This document shows positions 1-12,203 of a stretch of 64,000 bases of DNA, one piece after another (the first letter of the stretch is position 1; the number at the start of each line of letters is the position of its first letter). The notes beneath the pieces are model-generated. The model was not told the DNA's origin and made no database searches. It saw only the letters and a program-made list of their open reading frames with translations. The position numbers were made by a program, and so were the translations under genes. The stretch is from Pristiophorus japonicus (lineage: Eukaryota): positions 58,156,001-58,220,000 of the forward strand of contig NC_091999.1 of assembly GCF_044704955.1 (NCBI RefSeq), written 5' to 3'.

Positions 1-156
1 AATTTTTGGTTACGTATGTGTGTGTGTCTCTGTCTGACGATCTGTATATATGTCTCTGTGTATTTGCAACTGTCTGTGGAAATCATCACCATGAATTGAG
101 TATGTCCTGGAACTTATGAAAAAGACTTGGGGAAAATAATAGGGTTGTGAACTTTT

Positions 157-376
157 GTATCGGCTTTGATTCAGTGGCAGCATTTTCGACTGAGACTTGA
201 GCATATCATCTGGGCTAACACTCAAGTGCACCACGTGGGGAATTTTGCAATGTTGAAGCTGTTGACTTTCGGATGAAATGTTAAATTGAAGCTCCGTCTG
301 CACCCTCGGGTGGATATGAAAGGTCCCAGAGCATTGCTCGAAAAAGAATAGGAGAGTTGTCCCCGTATCAATATTG
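157..376 (+). mobile_element. Degenerate DeuSINE (SacSINE1/AmnSINE-like), array unit copy
   Basis: tRNA-like head (tcagtggcagcatt) plus Deu core ctttcggatgaaatgttaaattgaagctccgtctgcaccctcgggtggatatgaaaggtccca, resembling the Deu-domain consensus from memory. Confidence 0.7.
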
Positions 377-461
377 CTAAAAATGTTCATAAATGCTCAC
401 TGAAAGCCGATGTGTATGTGTTTGTCTGTGGGGTTGGGGTTGAAGCCCAGATTCGCATGGG

Positions 462-544
462 ACCGGGATGGTCGAGTGTTTAAGGCGTTGGCCTGAAAAT
501 TTAATAGGTTTTTCCCCAAGTTGGTTCGTTCCCCACTCCTGGTA
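462..544 (+). pseudogene. tRNA-Leu(TAA)-derived pseudogene
   Basis: accgggatggtcgagtgtttaaggcgttgg...ccccactcctggta matches the vertebrate Leu-TAA frame; anticodon and T arms are disrupted. Confidence 0.8.
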
Positions 545-3266
545 TAAAAACATAGAAAATTGGTGCAGGAGTAGGCCATTCGGTCTTCTTGCCAACACCG
601 CCTTTCAATGAGTTCATGGCTGAACATGCAACCTCAGTACCCGATTCCTGCTTTCTCGCCATTCCCCTTGATCCTCCTAGTAGTCAGGACTTCATCGAAC
701 TCCTTGTGAATATATTTAGTGAATTGGCCTCAACAACTTTCTGTGGTCGAGAATTCCACAGGTTCACCACTCCCTGGGTGAAGAAGTTTCTCCTCATCTC
801 AATGGCTTACCCTTTATCCTACGACTGTGACCCCTGGTTCTGGACCTCCCCAACATTGGGAACATTCTTCCTGCATCTAAACTGTCTGAACCCATCAGAA
901 TTTTAAACGTTTCTATGAGGTCCCCTCTCATTCTTCTGAACTCCAGTGAATACAAGCCCAGTTATTCCAGTCTCTCTTGATAGGTCAGTCCCGAAATCCC
1001 AGGAATCAGTCTGGTGAACCTTCGCTGCACTCCCTCAATAGCAAGAATGTCCTTCCTCAAGTTAGGAGACCAAGACTGTACACAATACTCTAGGTGTGGC
1101 CTCACCAAGGCCCTGTACAACTGTACCAACACCTCCCTGCCCCTGTACTCCAATCCCCTCGCTATGAAGGCCAACATGCCATTTGCTTTCTTAACCGCCT
1201 GCTGCACCTGCATGCCAACCTTCAATGACTGATGTACCATGACACCCAGATCTCGTTGCACCTCCCCTTTTCCTAATCTGTCACCATTCAGATAATAGTA
1301 TGTCTCTCTGTTTTTACCACCAAAGTTCATAACCTCACATTTATCCACATTATACTTCATCTGCCATGCATTTGCCCACTCACCTAACCTATCCAAGTCA
1401 CTCTGCAGCCTCATAGCATCCTCCTCGCAGCTCACACTGCCACCCAACTTAGTGTCATCCGCAAATTTGGAGATACTACATTTAATCCCCTCGTCTAAAT
1501 CATTAATGTATAATGTAAACAGCTGGGACCCCAGCAAAGAACCTTGCGGTACCCCACTAGTCACTGCCTGCCATTCTGAAAAGTACCCATTTAGTCCTAC
1601 TCTTTGCTTCCTGTCTGACAACCAGTTCTCAATCCATGTCAGCACACTACTCCCAATCCCATGTGCTTTAACTTTGCACATTAATCTCTTGTGTGGGACC
1701 TTGTCCAAAGCCTTCTGAAAGTCCAATTATACCACATCAACTGGTTCTCCCTTGTTCACTCTACTGGAAACATCCTCAAATAATTCCAGAAGATTTTTCA
1801 AGCTTGATTTCGCTTTCACAAATCCATGCTGACTTGGACCAATCATGTCACCTCTTTCCAAATGCGCTGCTATGAAATCCTTAATAATTGATTCCATTAA
1901 TTTACTAACTACTGAGGTCAGGCTGACCGGTCTATAATTCCCTGTTTTATCTCTCCCTCCTTTTTTAAAAAGTGGGGTTACATTGGCTGCCCTCCACTCG
2001 ATAGGAACTGATGCAGAGTCAATGGAGTGTTGGAAAATAACTGTCAATGCATCCGCTATTTCCAAGGCCACCGCCATAAGTACTCTGGGATGCAGTCCAT
2101 CAGGCCCTGGGGTTTTATCGGCCTTCAATCCCATCAATTTCACCAACACAATTTCCCGACTAATAAGGATTTCCCTCTGTTCCTCCTCCTTACTAGACCC
2201 TCTGACCCCTTTTTTATCCGGAAGGTTGTTTGTGTCCTCCTTAGTGAATACCGAACCAAAGTGCTTGTTCAATCCGTCTGCCTTTTCTTTGCTCCCCGTT
2301 ATGACTTCCCCTGATTCTGACTGCAGGGGACCTACGTTTGTCTTTACTAACCTTTTTCTCTTTACATATCTATAGAAACTTTTGCAATCCGTCTTAATGT
2401 TCCCAGCAAGCTTCTTCTCCTACTCCATTTTCCCTGCCCTAATCAAAACCTTTGTCCTCCTCTGCTGAGTTCTAAATTTCTCCCAGTCCACGGGTTCGCT
2501 GCTATTTCTGACCAATTTGTATGCCACTTCCTTGACTTTAATACTATCCCTGATTTCCCTTGATAGCCACGGTTGAGCCACCTTCGTTTTTTTATTTTTA
2601 CGCCAGACAGGAATGTACCTTTGTTGTAGTTCATCCATGCAGTCTCTAAATGTCTGCCATTGCCCATCCACAGTCAACCCCTTAAGTATCATTCGCTAAT
2701 CTATCCTAGCCAATTCATGCGTCATACCTTCAAAGTTAGCCTTCTTCAAGTTCTGGGCCTTGGTCTCTGAATTAACAGTTTCATTCTCCGTCGAATGCAT
2801 AATTCCACCATATTATGGTCACTCTTCCCCAAGGGGCCTCGCACAACGAGATTGCTAATTAATCCTCTCTCATTACACAACACCCAGTCTAAGATGGCCT
2901 TCCCCCTAGTTGGTTCCTCGACATATTGGTCTAGAAAACCATCCCTGATGCACTCCAGGAAATCCTGCTCCACCGTATTGCTTCCAGTTTGGTGAGCCCA
3001 ATCTATGTGCATATTAAAGTGACCCATTATAACTGCTGCACCTTTATTGCATGCACCCCTAATTTCCTGTTTGATGCCCTACCCAATATCACAACTACTG
3101 TTTGGAGGACTGTACACAACTCCCACTAACGTTTTTTGCCCTTTGTTGTTCTGCAGCTCTACCCATATAGATTCCACATCATCCAAGCTAATGTCCTTCC
3201 TAACTATTGCATTAATCTCCTCTTTTACCAGCAATGCTACCCCACCTACTTTTCCTTTTATTCTAC
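545..3266 (-). mobile_element. CR1 LINE, 5'-truncated ORF2 (APE endonuclease + RT), disrupted
   Basis: ORF fragments with [44 protein letters not shown]; TTCTATG tail at 545-560; the array sequence resumes at ~3267. Confidence 0.93.
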
Positions 3267-3886
3267 CCTTTAATTCAACACGAATTTCCTCCCATCTGTT
3301 AAATCTGCAATTTTCTGTAACTATGTGACAGTCAGAGCCGATAAAGAAATGAAATTGTGAAATGTATCTGTGTCGCTCGGTCTCTGCCTCTCTCTGACTC
3401 ACTCTGTCTGTCCCTGTTTCTCTGTTTATCTCTGTCTCTCAATCTGTCTCTTTCTCACGGTGTCCACTTCTGTTCCAATGGGATTCTCTCAGACTCTTTG
3501 TCTGACTAGCTCTCTCTTTCCCATCATTTCGGTCTGTCCATGTCTTTGCCTGTCTCTAACTATTTCCATCATTTACTGTTTTAGTCTCTATCTCTTTCTA
3601 TCTGTCTGTTCCTCTCCTTGTCATTGTCTTTATCATTGTCTTTCTCTCACTCTTTCCCTCTCTCTCTTAATAGATCACACACATCTCTGTATATGTATGT
3701 GATTGAGTCTTTTTCTCACTCAGTGTGCCTCTCCTTCTCAGTCTCACACTTTCTGTCTCTCGTTGTCTCTGTCTCGCTGTCTGTCTCTCCCTGTTTGTCG
3801 GTTTGTCTCTGTCTATCAATGTGTCTGTCGACATCTTTTGGTGTCCAGTTCGGTTCATAGCACATTTCCTGCTCTGACAGAGCTCG

Positions 3887-3958
3887 TACTCGTTAGTTTC
3901 GTGATGAATATCCACGCCTGTCACTATGGGGAATGAAGTTCAATTCCACGACAGAAAG
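3887..3958 (+). pseudogene. tRNA-Asp(GTC) pseudogene
   Basis: tactcgttagtttcgtgatgaatatccacgcctgtcac...gttcaattccacgac; 72 nt; many stem mismatches. Confidence 0.75.
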
Positions 3959-4177
3959 GCAGTTTTTTCAAAATGTAGAATATTACTTCTGTTTCTTGGA
4001 AGAGATTCATATTAAATAGTTCCATTGCAAGATAGAACTGTAAAAATAGAGGTAGAGGATATTGCCTCTTCCAGATTTTGAGCAAACGGAGTCTTTTTCA
4101 GGAGTCTTTGGCGGTCTGCTGCACAGAGATGGTTGACTCAGTTTTTTCTGAGCAACGTTTAAAAAGGCAGCGACTCA

Positions 4178-4259
4178 GTCGTCGTGGCCGAGTGGTTAAG
4201 GCGATGGACTAGAAAGTTATTGGCATTTTACTGTGCATGTTCGAATCCTGCCGACTACG
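4178..4259 (+). tRNA. tRNA-Ser(AGA), probably a pseudogene
   Basis: gtcgtcgtggccgagtggttaaggcgatggactAGAaa...ttcgaatcctgccgactacg; A and B boxes intact, but anticodon-stem 3' side and variable arm are damaged. Confidence 0.75.
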
Positions 4260-4661
4260 ATTCGCAGCATTTTTCATTCCATTTCACAATTTAACCGGTT
4301 CTCTGCCAAACTGATCCTGAGATCGATGGAATAACGTCCCACACCTTTCAACACTGACATTTTTTTCTCATTTTTATTAATCTGCAATATTCGCGCTACT
4401 TACGGATCGGAAAATGGAAAAATCAGTCAAAGTTGCGACAGTGATTCAGCCTGTCTATCCCTCGAGATGACGAAGGCATCTGTGCATGCCCGTTGGTGCG
4501 TGCACATTTTTGGTTATGTGTGCGTGTGTCTCTGTGTCTGTCTATCTCTATATATCTCTCTGTGTATGTGCAACTGTCTGTGGCAATCATCACCATGAAT
4601 TTGGCATGTCCTGGAACTAATAAAAAAGACTTGGGGGAAATAATACGGTTGTGATCTTTTG

Positions 4662-4895
4662 CATCGGCTTTGGTTCAGTGGCAGCATTCTCGACTGAATC
4701 CTGAGTTTGTGTCTCCTGAGACTTGAGCATATAATCTTGGCTAGTACACCACTTGGGGAATTTTGCATTGTTAAAGCTGTTGACTTTCGGATGAAATGTG
4801 AAAGTGAAGCTCCGTCTGCACCCTCGGGTGGATATGAAAGGTCCCAGAGCATTATTCGAAAAAGAATAGGAGAGTTGCCCCCGTTTCAATATTAC
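4662..4895 (+). mobile_element. Degenerate DeuSINE, array unit copy
   Basis: Same head and Deu core as 157-376. Confidence 0.7.
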
Positions 4896-5002
4896 TAAAA
4901 ATGTTCGTAAATGCTCACTGAAAGCTGATATGCGTGTGTTTGTATGTGGGGTTGGGGTTGAAGCCCAGTTTCTCACAAAGACAGAATCCAGGTTCTCACA
5001 GA

Positions 5003-5032
5003 ACCAGGATAGCCGAGTGGCTAAGGTGTTGG
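5003..5032 (+). pseudogene. 5' fragment of tRNA-Leu(TAA); the remainder is deleted
   Basis: accaggatagccgagtggctaaggtgttgg joined directly to the downstream spacer gggattctctcagactc. Confidence 0.7.
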
Positions 5033-5475
5033 GATTCTCTCAGACTCTTTGTCTGACTGGCTCTCTCTTTCCCATCATTTCGGTCTGTCCATGTCTTTGC
5101 CTGTCACTGTTAGTCCAGCCTTTAACCTGAGAAGTATTTCCATCATTTTCTGTTTTAGTCTCTGTCTCTCTCTCTCTGTCTGTTCCTCTCCTTGTCACTG
5201 TCTTTATCATTTTCTTTCTCTCACTCTTAACTTCTCTCTCTTAATAGATCACACACACACATCTCTGTATATGTATGTGTTTGAGTCTTTTTCTCACTCA
5301 GTCTGCCTCTCCTTCTCAGTCTTACTCTTTCTGTCTCTTGTTGTCCTTATCTTGCTGTCTGTCTCTCCCTACTTGTCGGTTTGTCTCTGTCTCTCAATGT
5401 GTCTGTCGACTTCTCATGGTGTCCAGTTCTGTGCACATCTCGATTCCTGCTCTGACAGAACTGGTACCTGTTAGT

Positions 5476-5547
5476 TCCTCGTTCATATAGTGGTGAGTAT
5501 CCCCACCTTTCAGGCGGGAGACCGGGGTTCAATTCCCTGACTGGCAG
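5476..5547 (+). pseudogene. tRNA-Asp body with a TTC (Glu) anticodon, probably a pseudogene
   Basis: tcctcgttcatatagtggtgagtatccccacctTTCaggcgggagaccggggttcaattccctgactggcag. Confidence 0.75.
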
Positions 5548-5766
5548 CCAGGTGTTTCAAAATGTAGAATTTTACTTCTGTTTCGTGGTCGAGATTCATA
5601 TTAAAAAGTTCCAGAGCAATATCGAACTGGAAAAATACACGTAGAGGAGATTGTCTCTTCCAGATTTTTAGTAAACGGAGACTTTTTCAGGATTCTTTGG
5701 CCGTCTGCTACACAGAGATGGATGACTGAGTTTTTTCTGAGTAACGTTTAAGAAGGCAGAGTCGCA

Positions 5767-5847
5767 TTCGAAGTGGCCGAGTGGTTAAGACGATGGATTA
5801 AAAATCCATTGTTTTTCCCTGCGTAGTTTTGAATCCTGTCCACGACG
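5767..5847 (+). pseudogene. tRNA-Ser pseudogene
   Basis: gtggccgagtggttaagacgatgga...gaatcctgtccacgacg; B box mutated. Confidence 0.75.
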
Positions 5848-6251
5848 ATTCTCGGCATTTTTCATTCCATTTCACAATTTAACCAGAACTTTGTACAACT
5901 GATCCTGAAACAGATGGTATAACGTCCCACACCTTTCAACACTGACATTTTTTTCTCATTTTTATTAATCTGCAATATTTACGATACATACGGATAGGAA
6001 AACACAAAAATCAGTCAAAGTTGCGACAGCGTGTCAGCCTGTCTGTCCCTTTATATGTTGAAGGCATCTGTGCATGTCCGTTGGTGCGTGTAAATTTTTG
6101 GTTATGTATGTGGGTGTTTCTCTGTGTCTGTCGATCTGTATATATCCCTCTGTGTATGTGCAACTGTCTGTGGAAATCATCACCATGAATTTCGTATGTC
6201 CTGGAACTTATAAAAAAGACTTGGGGAAAATAATACGGTTGTGAACGTTTG

Positions 6252-6505
6252 TATCGACTTTGGTTCAGTGGCAGCATTCTCGACTGAATCAGGAGTTTGT
6301 GTGTTCAAGTCGCACTCCTGAGACTTGAGCATATAATGTTGGCTAACAATCAAGTGCAGCACTTGGGGAATTTTGCATTGTTGATGCTTTTGACTTTCGG
6401 ATGAAATGTTAAATTGAAGCTGAGTCTGCACTATCAGGTGGCTGTGAAAGGTCCCAGAGCCTTACTCGAAAAAGAATAGGAGAGTTTCCCCCGTGTCAAT
6501 ATTAC
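6252..6505 (+). mobile_element. Degenerate DeuSINE, array unit copy
   Basis: ggttcagtggcagcattctc...gttcaagtcgcactcctgagacttgagca head followed by the Deu core. Confidence 0.72.
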
Positions 6506-6610
6506 TAAAAATGTTCGTAAATGCTCACTGAAAGCCGACATATATGTGTTTCTGTGGGGGTGGGGTTGAAGCCCAGTTTCTCACAGAGACAGAATCCATA
6601 TTCTGACAGG

Positions 6611-6693
6611 AACAGAATGGCCGAGTGGTTAAGGCGTTGGCCTTAAAATTCAATGGGATGTTTCCCGCGTGTTCTCGCACCTGACTCCTGGTA
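6611..6693 (+). pseudogene. tRNA-Leu(TAA) pseudogene
   Basis: aacagaatggccgagtggttaaggcgttggccTTAAaattcaa...actcctggta; T arm damaged. Confidence 0.8.
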
Positions 6694-7445
6694 CTTCTTT
6701 AATTTAACACAGATTTCCTCCCATTCTCATCAGTGATACCCGATTTTCATCTGTTGAATGTGCAACTTTGTGACACTCTGAGCCGATAATGAAATGAAAT
6801 TGTGAAATGTATCGGTGTCGCTCGGTCTCTGCTTCTCTCTTTCTTTAGAGAGGTGTGTTTGTGTTTGTGTGTTTGTCACTCTCAGTCTGACTCACTCTGT
6901 CTGTTCCAAAGAGAGGTGTGTTTGTGTTTGTGTGTTTTTCACTCTCAGTCTGACTCACTCTGTCTGTTCCTGTGTCTCTGTCTCTTTCTCACGGTGTCCA
7001 GTTCTGTTCCAATGGGATTCTCTTCTATTCTTTGTCAGACTGGCTCTCTCTTCGCCATCATTTCTGTCTGTCCATGTCTTTGCCTGCCTCTGATAGTTCC
7101 TATCTCTAACCTGCTGAATATTTCCATCATTTGTGTTTCTATTTCTGACACTCTCTATCTGTCGCTCTCTCTCCTTGTCACTGTCTTTATTACTCTCTTT
7201 CTCTCACTCTTTCCCTCTCTCTTTATAGATCACACACACACATCTCTGTATATGTGTGTGTTTGAGTCTTTTTCTCACTCAGTCTGCCTCTCCTTCTCAG
7301 TCTCACATTTTCTGTCTCTCATTGTCTCTATCTCGCTGTCTGTCTCTCCCTGTTTGTCAGTTTGTCTCTGTCTCTCAATGTGTCTGTCGTCTTCTCATGT
7401 TGTCCAGTTCCATTCACAGCTCGCTTCCTGCTCTGATAGAACTCA

Positions 7446-7517
7446 TGCTCGTTCGTATAGTGGTGAGTATCCCCGCCTGTTCTGCCGGAGACCGTGGTTC
7501 TACTTCCCGACGCGGTG
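7446..7517 (+). pseudogene. tRNA-Asp pseudogene
   Basis: tgctcgttcgtatagtggtgagtatccccgcctgttctgccggagaccgtggttctacttcccgacg. Confidence 0.75.
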
Positions 7518-7734
7518 GCAGCACTTACAAAATGCAGAATTTTACTTGTTTCTTGGTGTTGATTCATATTAAAAAGTTCCAGAGCAATATAGAACAGTAC
7601 AAATACAGGAAGAGGAGATTGCCTCTTCCAGCTTTTTAGCAAACGGAGACTTTTTCCGGATTCTGTGGCCGTCTGCTGCACAGAGATGGATGACTGAGTT
7701 TTATCTGAGTAACATTTAATGATGCAGCGAGCCA

Positions 7735-7816
7735 GTAGTCGTGGCCGAGTGGGTAAGACAATGGACAAAAAATCCATCGGGGTTTCTCTGCGCAGTTTTG
7801 AATCCTGCTGACTATG
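7735..7816 (+). pseudogene. tRNA-Ser pseudogene
   Basis: gtagtcgtggccgagtgggtaagacaatggac...gaatcctgctgactatg; anticodon loop mutated. Confidence 0.78.
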
Positions 7817-8049
7817 TTTCTCAGCATATTTCATTCTGTTTCACAATTTAACCACGTTACTGCAAAACTGATTCTGAGATAGATAGAGCAACGTCCCACA
7901 TCTTTCGATGCAGCCGCTGTTTTCTTTCTTTCATTAATCTGCAGTATTCACGATACATACGGATAGAAAAACGCAAAAACCAGCCAAAGTAGCCTCAGTG
8001 ACCCTGCCTGTCTATCCATCTATTTGTCTAAGGCAACCTGTGTATATCT

Positions 8050-8762
8050 TGATCTGAGTGTCATGGTACATCAGTCATTGAAAGTTGGCATGTAGGTGCA
8101 GCAGGCGGTGAAGAAAACAAATGGCATGTTCGCCTTCATAGCTAGGGGATTTGAGTATGGGAGCAGGAAGATATTACTGCAGTTGTACAGGGCCTTGGTG
8201 AGGTCACACCTGGAATATTATGTTCAGTTTTGGTCCCCGAATCTGAGGAAGGACGTCCTTGCTATTGAGGGAGTAGAGCGAAGGTTCACCAGCATGATTC
8301 CCGGGATGGCAGGATTGACATATGAGGAGAGACTGGATCAACTGGGCTGGTATCCACTGGAGTTTAGAAGAATGAGAGGGGATCTCACAGAAACATATAA
8401 AATTCTGACGAGATTGGAGGCTGGAAGAATGTTCTCATTGCTGGGGAGTTTGAGACCAAGGATTACAGTCTAAAAATAAGGGGTAAGCCATTTATGACCG
8501 AGATGAGGAGAAACGTCTTCACTCAGAGAGTGGTTAACCTGTGAAATTTTCTACCGCAGAAAGTTGTTGAGGCCAGTTCGTTAGATATATTCAAAAGGGA
8601 GTTAGATATGGCCCTTACGGCTAAAGAGATCAAGGGGTATGGAGAGAAAGCAGGAAAGGGGTACTGAGGTTGAATGATGAGCCATGATCTTATTGAATGG
8701 TGGTGCAGGCTCGAAGGGCCGAATGGCATATTCCTGCAACTAATTTCTATGTTTCTATGTTG
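8050..8762 (+). mobile_element. CR1 LINE 3' fragment
   Basis: QQAVKKTNGM...RSHLEYYVQFWSP; 3' UTR ggctcgaagggccgaatgg and a ttctatgtttctatg tail. Confidence 0.9.
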
Positions 8763-8927
8763 ATGCGTGTATATTTTTGGTTATTGTGTGTGCGTGTGTC
8801 TGTGTATGTCTATCTGTATGTATGTCTCTGTGTATATGCAACTGTCTGTGGAAATCATCACCATGAATTTGGTACGTCCCGGAACTTTTTAAAATACTTG
8901 GGGAAAATTATACGGTTGTGATCTTTG

Positions 8928-9117
8928 GTATCGGTTTTGGTTCAGTGGCTCCATTCTCGACTGAATCAGGAGGTTGTGTGTGGAAGTCTCACTCCTGAGA
9001 CTTGAACACATCATCTTGGATGACACTCAAGTGCAGTATTTGGGGAATTTTGCATTGCTGAAGCTGTTGACCATCGGCTGAAATTTTAAATTGAAGCTCC
9101 ATCTGCACCGTCGGGTG
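8928..9117 (+). mobile_element. DeuSINE 5' part, split by the LTR element (continues at 15080-15146)
   Basis: Deu core ...ctgcaccgtcgGGTG | LTR element | GGTGgatgtgaaagttcccagagc. Confidence 0.72.
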
Positions 9118-9564
9118 TGTTGTAGAGAGTAGAAATATATATAGACTTAGGCATTAGGCACCTGCTGGATATTTAAAACTCACATAAGCTTAAATGGACA
9201 CACACATAAAATGGCTTATTTCAGGAAGAAAGATAAGAGGGAAACCATTTGCTGTAAACAAGGCTATATACCAATTATTTCTCCCAGATGAAAGAACTAA
9301 TTCTATTGGGTTAAATAACCTATATGTAATCTATAATCGTTCTGATTGGCTTGTGTCCAGCCGTGATGGGCTGTGTAGCTGTAGTAAACTGTTTTGTAAC
9401 TGTTGTGAAACATATAAAGGTGCATGTAATCCTTTGTTCTGTGGAGAGAAACCTGGATACGGTCCTGTGTGTTTCCTCCCCGCTGAGCGTTATTAAATAC
9501 CGTCAGGCATTGGAACCGACCCTGAGTGTTGAGTGATTCTTCTAAGAAAACACTAACGCTAACA
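9118..9564 (+). repeat. ERV-A 5' LTR (447 bp)
   Basis: TGTTGTAGAG...CGCTAACA; TATA-like catataaa at ~9411 and ATTAAA at ~9492. Confidence 0.95.
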
Positions 9565-9565
9565 A

Positions 9566-9583
9566 TGGCATAGTCGGCAGGAT
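9566..9583 (+). promoter_or_regulatory. Primer-binding site, tRNA-Ser
   Basis: TGGCATAGTCGGCAGGAT is 17/18 complementary to the tRNA-Ser 3' end ATCCTGCCGACTACG-CCA (compare 4245-4259). Confidence 0.92.
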
Positions 9584-11594
9584 TTCCCGGAGTCGCTGGA
9601 CGCCCTTGGAAAAAACCCGTGTGAGTATAAAAAAACTATTTTTAAGTATAAAGGGTGCGGAAGGTGGAAGCTGGTTGATCGACATGAGGAGACGGTCTAA
9701 TATCTCAAACGCCTAGCCTGAGCCTGAATTAAGAGGACTTTTGTCCCACGTGACGGCCAGGAACCAAGTAGGCGTAGGGAACACACTTAGACCGTGGGAT
9801 CGTGATACCGAGAGACATCTTCCGGACCCAGTAGTGTAATTTGAAATACCCCGGGATAGAACCAAGCGGTGTACAGCGGCTAACGGAATCCAAACCTGTG
9901 AACAGGGTCGGACCAACGGGCTGAGCGGTGGTAGGTAGTCGTTAAGGATATGTAGAGCACTGCGGGAATTGCTTAAACGCGTTTTTAAGAATTGTATAAG
10001 TTTGTGCAACAGCAGAACTTGTGACCTGACAGTAGCCAAGAGACAGTTTACTACAAGTCGCGCTAGAAAGAAAGCGGACCTCTGAGAGTAGATTCCTAAC
10101 GGTAGTAGTCCTACCCAGGAATGGCCATGAAAACAAGTAAACTCGAGTGGGGACCAGAAGGGTCGCTTACCCGCCACCTGGCGGAAAAACAAAAGAAGCT
10201 TATTGAAAATATGATTAAAGCAGGGTGGAATCCTCAGGAATTAGTTATGTGAGGAATTATTTAGATAAAACTACGAATTCCCTGAAAGGTCATGGATCCA
10301 AAAATAGAGCCGGCCAAAACAAGAAGAGAGACTGTTGTAAATCGTTGAGTGAGAAGTGTCTGTGTGATTTTTGACTGCAGAATGAATTTTTTTATGTTTT
10401 CATGTTCCGAAAGTCTGGTTGGAAGAGGAATGCAAGTGTCTGTTTATTTTAGAAACAGAGTGAAAGTCTTTTTTTTTAAACCCTTTGTAATGTTGTCCTG
10501 TATGTGGGAAGTTATAAGACATTTAAGTTAGAAACGCAGGTGTGGATTTATTCGGAGGATAAGTTACGGAGCTAGGAAAATAAACAAATAAAGAGTAGGT
10601 TTGTTGAGCAAAATATTTATTTGACATGCTCACTTACTTGCCGAAAGAAAACATGCAATGATTGATTGGGTTGAAAGACATAAATTTGGTCTCGGAATGA
10701 GATAAAGAATGCTTAAAAAAAAGAGAGCTTCTAAAAAAAAAAAGTTTTAAATAAAGATTGAAATTACAAAGTTTGAATTGGGATTTTGAGATATTCAGAG
10801 AAGGCACAGGAAATACTGAGGTGGATTTAAAAAAAAAAAAAAGATTAGATTAAATCTGATCAGGTCAAACTCCTGGGCAAGTGGCGAGCTATCTGCGAAG
10901 GTGTAAAAGGAAATTTTGGAAAATGTTAAAAAACAGCAAGCTTTAGTAACGACTTTGAAACTGGAGCATTTTGAGATAACGAAAAAGCACTCAAACTCTC
11001 AAAGATGGACTTCATTCCAGTTATGGAGAAAAAGAAAAAGATAAAGACGCCACTTTGAAAGTAAACAAATGATTTTAAATTAACAACTTTATGGAGTTAC
11101 GAACCCTCCGTGTAAAATACAAAACCTAATTTGAAGAAAGAAAAAAAAGATGTAACAGACTAAATGGAAAAAGACATAACTTACTAAATACTAGTTGATG
11201 TTTGCTGTGAAAAAGATATTGGTTTAATTAGAAGAAAAAAAAATTGGAATAAGTAAAAAACACTCGACATGGATTCGAATTTTCAATTATGAAAAAGTTT
11301 CAATGCAGTTTGAAAAGATTTCCAAAATGTCCCGAACAGTCTAAACAAGCAGGAGGGTTTTGAAGATAACGAGGAGAAAGAGAGAAATAAAAAAAAACAG
11401 AATTGAATTTCAGTAAACAAAATTGCTATTGTATGTGTGGTCTTGTTTTAAAACAATTTAAAAAAAAAATTCTTTGGCAATTACTTGAATTAGAAGTTAA
11501 GAAAACATTGGAGTTTACTCTAATGATTTATGCTGTTTAACGGATTCCTAATTTCGAAGCCAGTTTTGAAGGCACAAAGACTTTTTTTTTCCAG

Positions 11595-11993
11595 ATGATT
11601 ACGTGAAGTCACGTAATGACATCAGGTCTTCTTACAAACCTGGAAAGGAGTTAACCCTTTCCATTGACAGCCGTTTTATACTGAACATTATTAATTTGGA
11701 TTTCTTAATAGGGAAAAAAAAAGACTCACCTAACAGAGGAAACAAAAATAAAAACAGAACTAGCTTATGTAATAATACTTGCCTGATACAATAAAGAAAT
11801 AGATATTCAATAAAACAAATTGAAGAGTTAAAAGCTAAGATAAACAGGCTGGAAGAGATAACGGGACTAGACGGATAGTGCAGTGCGCAGCCATAGCACC
11901 ATCACCTCTGGCAATAGAGCCAATGTACCCCACGGTGGGTAGGTGTAGTCCACAAACCCAACCTAACGGTAAAGCAGACAGCGATGTTTGGAG
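11595..11993 (+). pseudogene. Probable gag N-terminal remnant of ERV-A
   Basis: Homologous to minus-strand 44880-45310 of ERV-C (AIAPSPLAIEPMYPTVGRCSPQ vs AIAPSPTVIEIMYPKVGKCSPQ); coiled-coil-like; contains stops. Confidence 0.5.
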
Positions 11994-12203
11994 GAATAGC
12001 TTTGGCCTTGGTCATAGGAGTTTGGGTAATATTTAAGTGGGTAAAGACACGGGCGCAGGCCCTACAGATTCAGCTCGAAATGGTTCGATTATAACCTTGT
12101 GCTTCTGATTTTGCAGGGTGACAGGGACTCTCGTAGAGCAAAAAACGTAACCCCTGGTGACGACCAGGCCGTCTGTTTACAATTACAGGTAATACTTACC
12201 GGA

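Noticed and set aside
3370-7834. Many Cys/Ser/Leu-rich ORFs in the array spacers (also at 15500-16500 and 20830-21340)
   Set aside because: These are translations of CT-rich low-complexity spacer, and the frames are not conserved between units.
9194-9536. ORFs repeated at 14652-15051
   Set aside because: They are incidental frames in the LTRs, identical only because the LTRs are.
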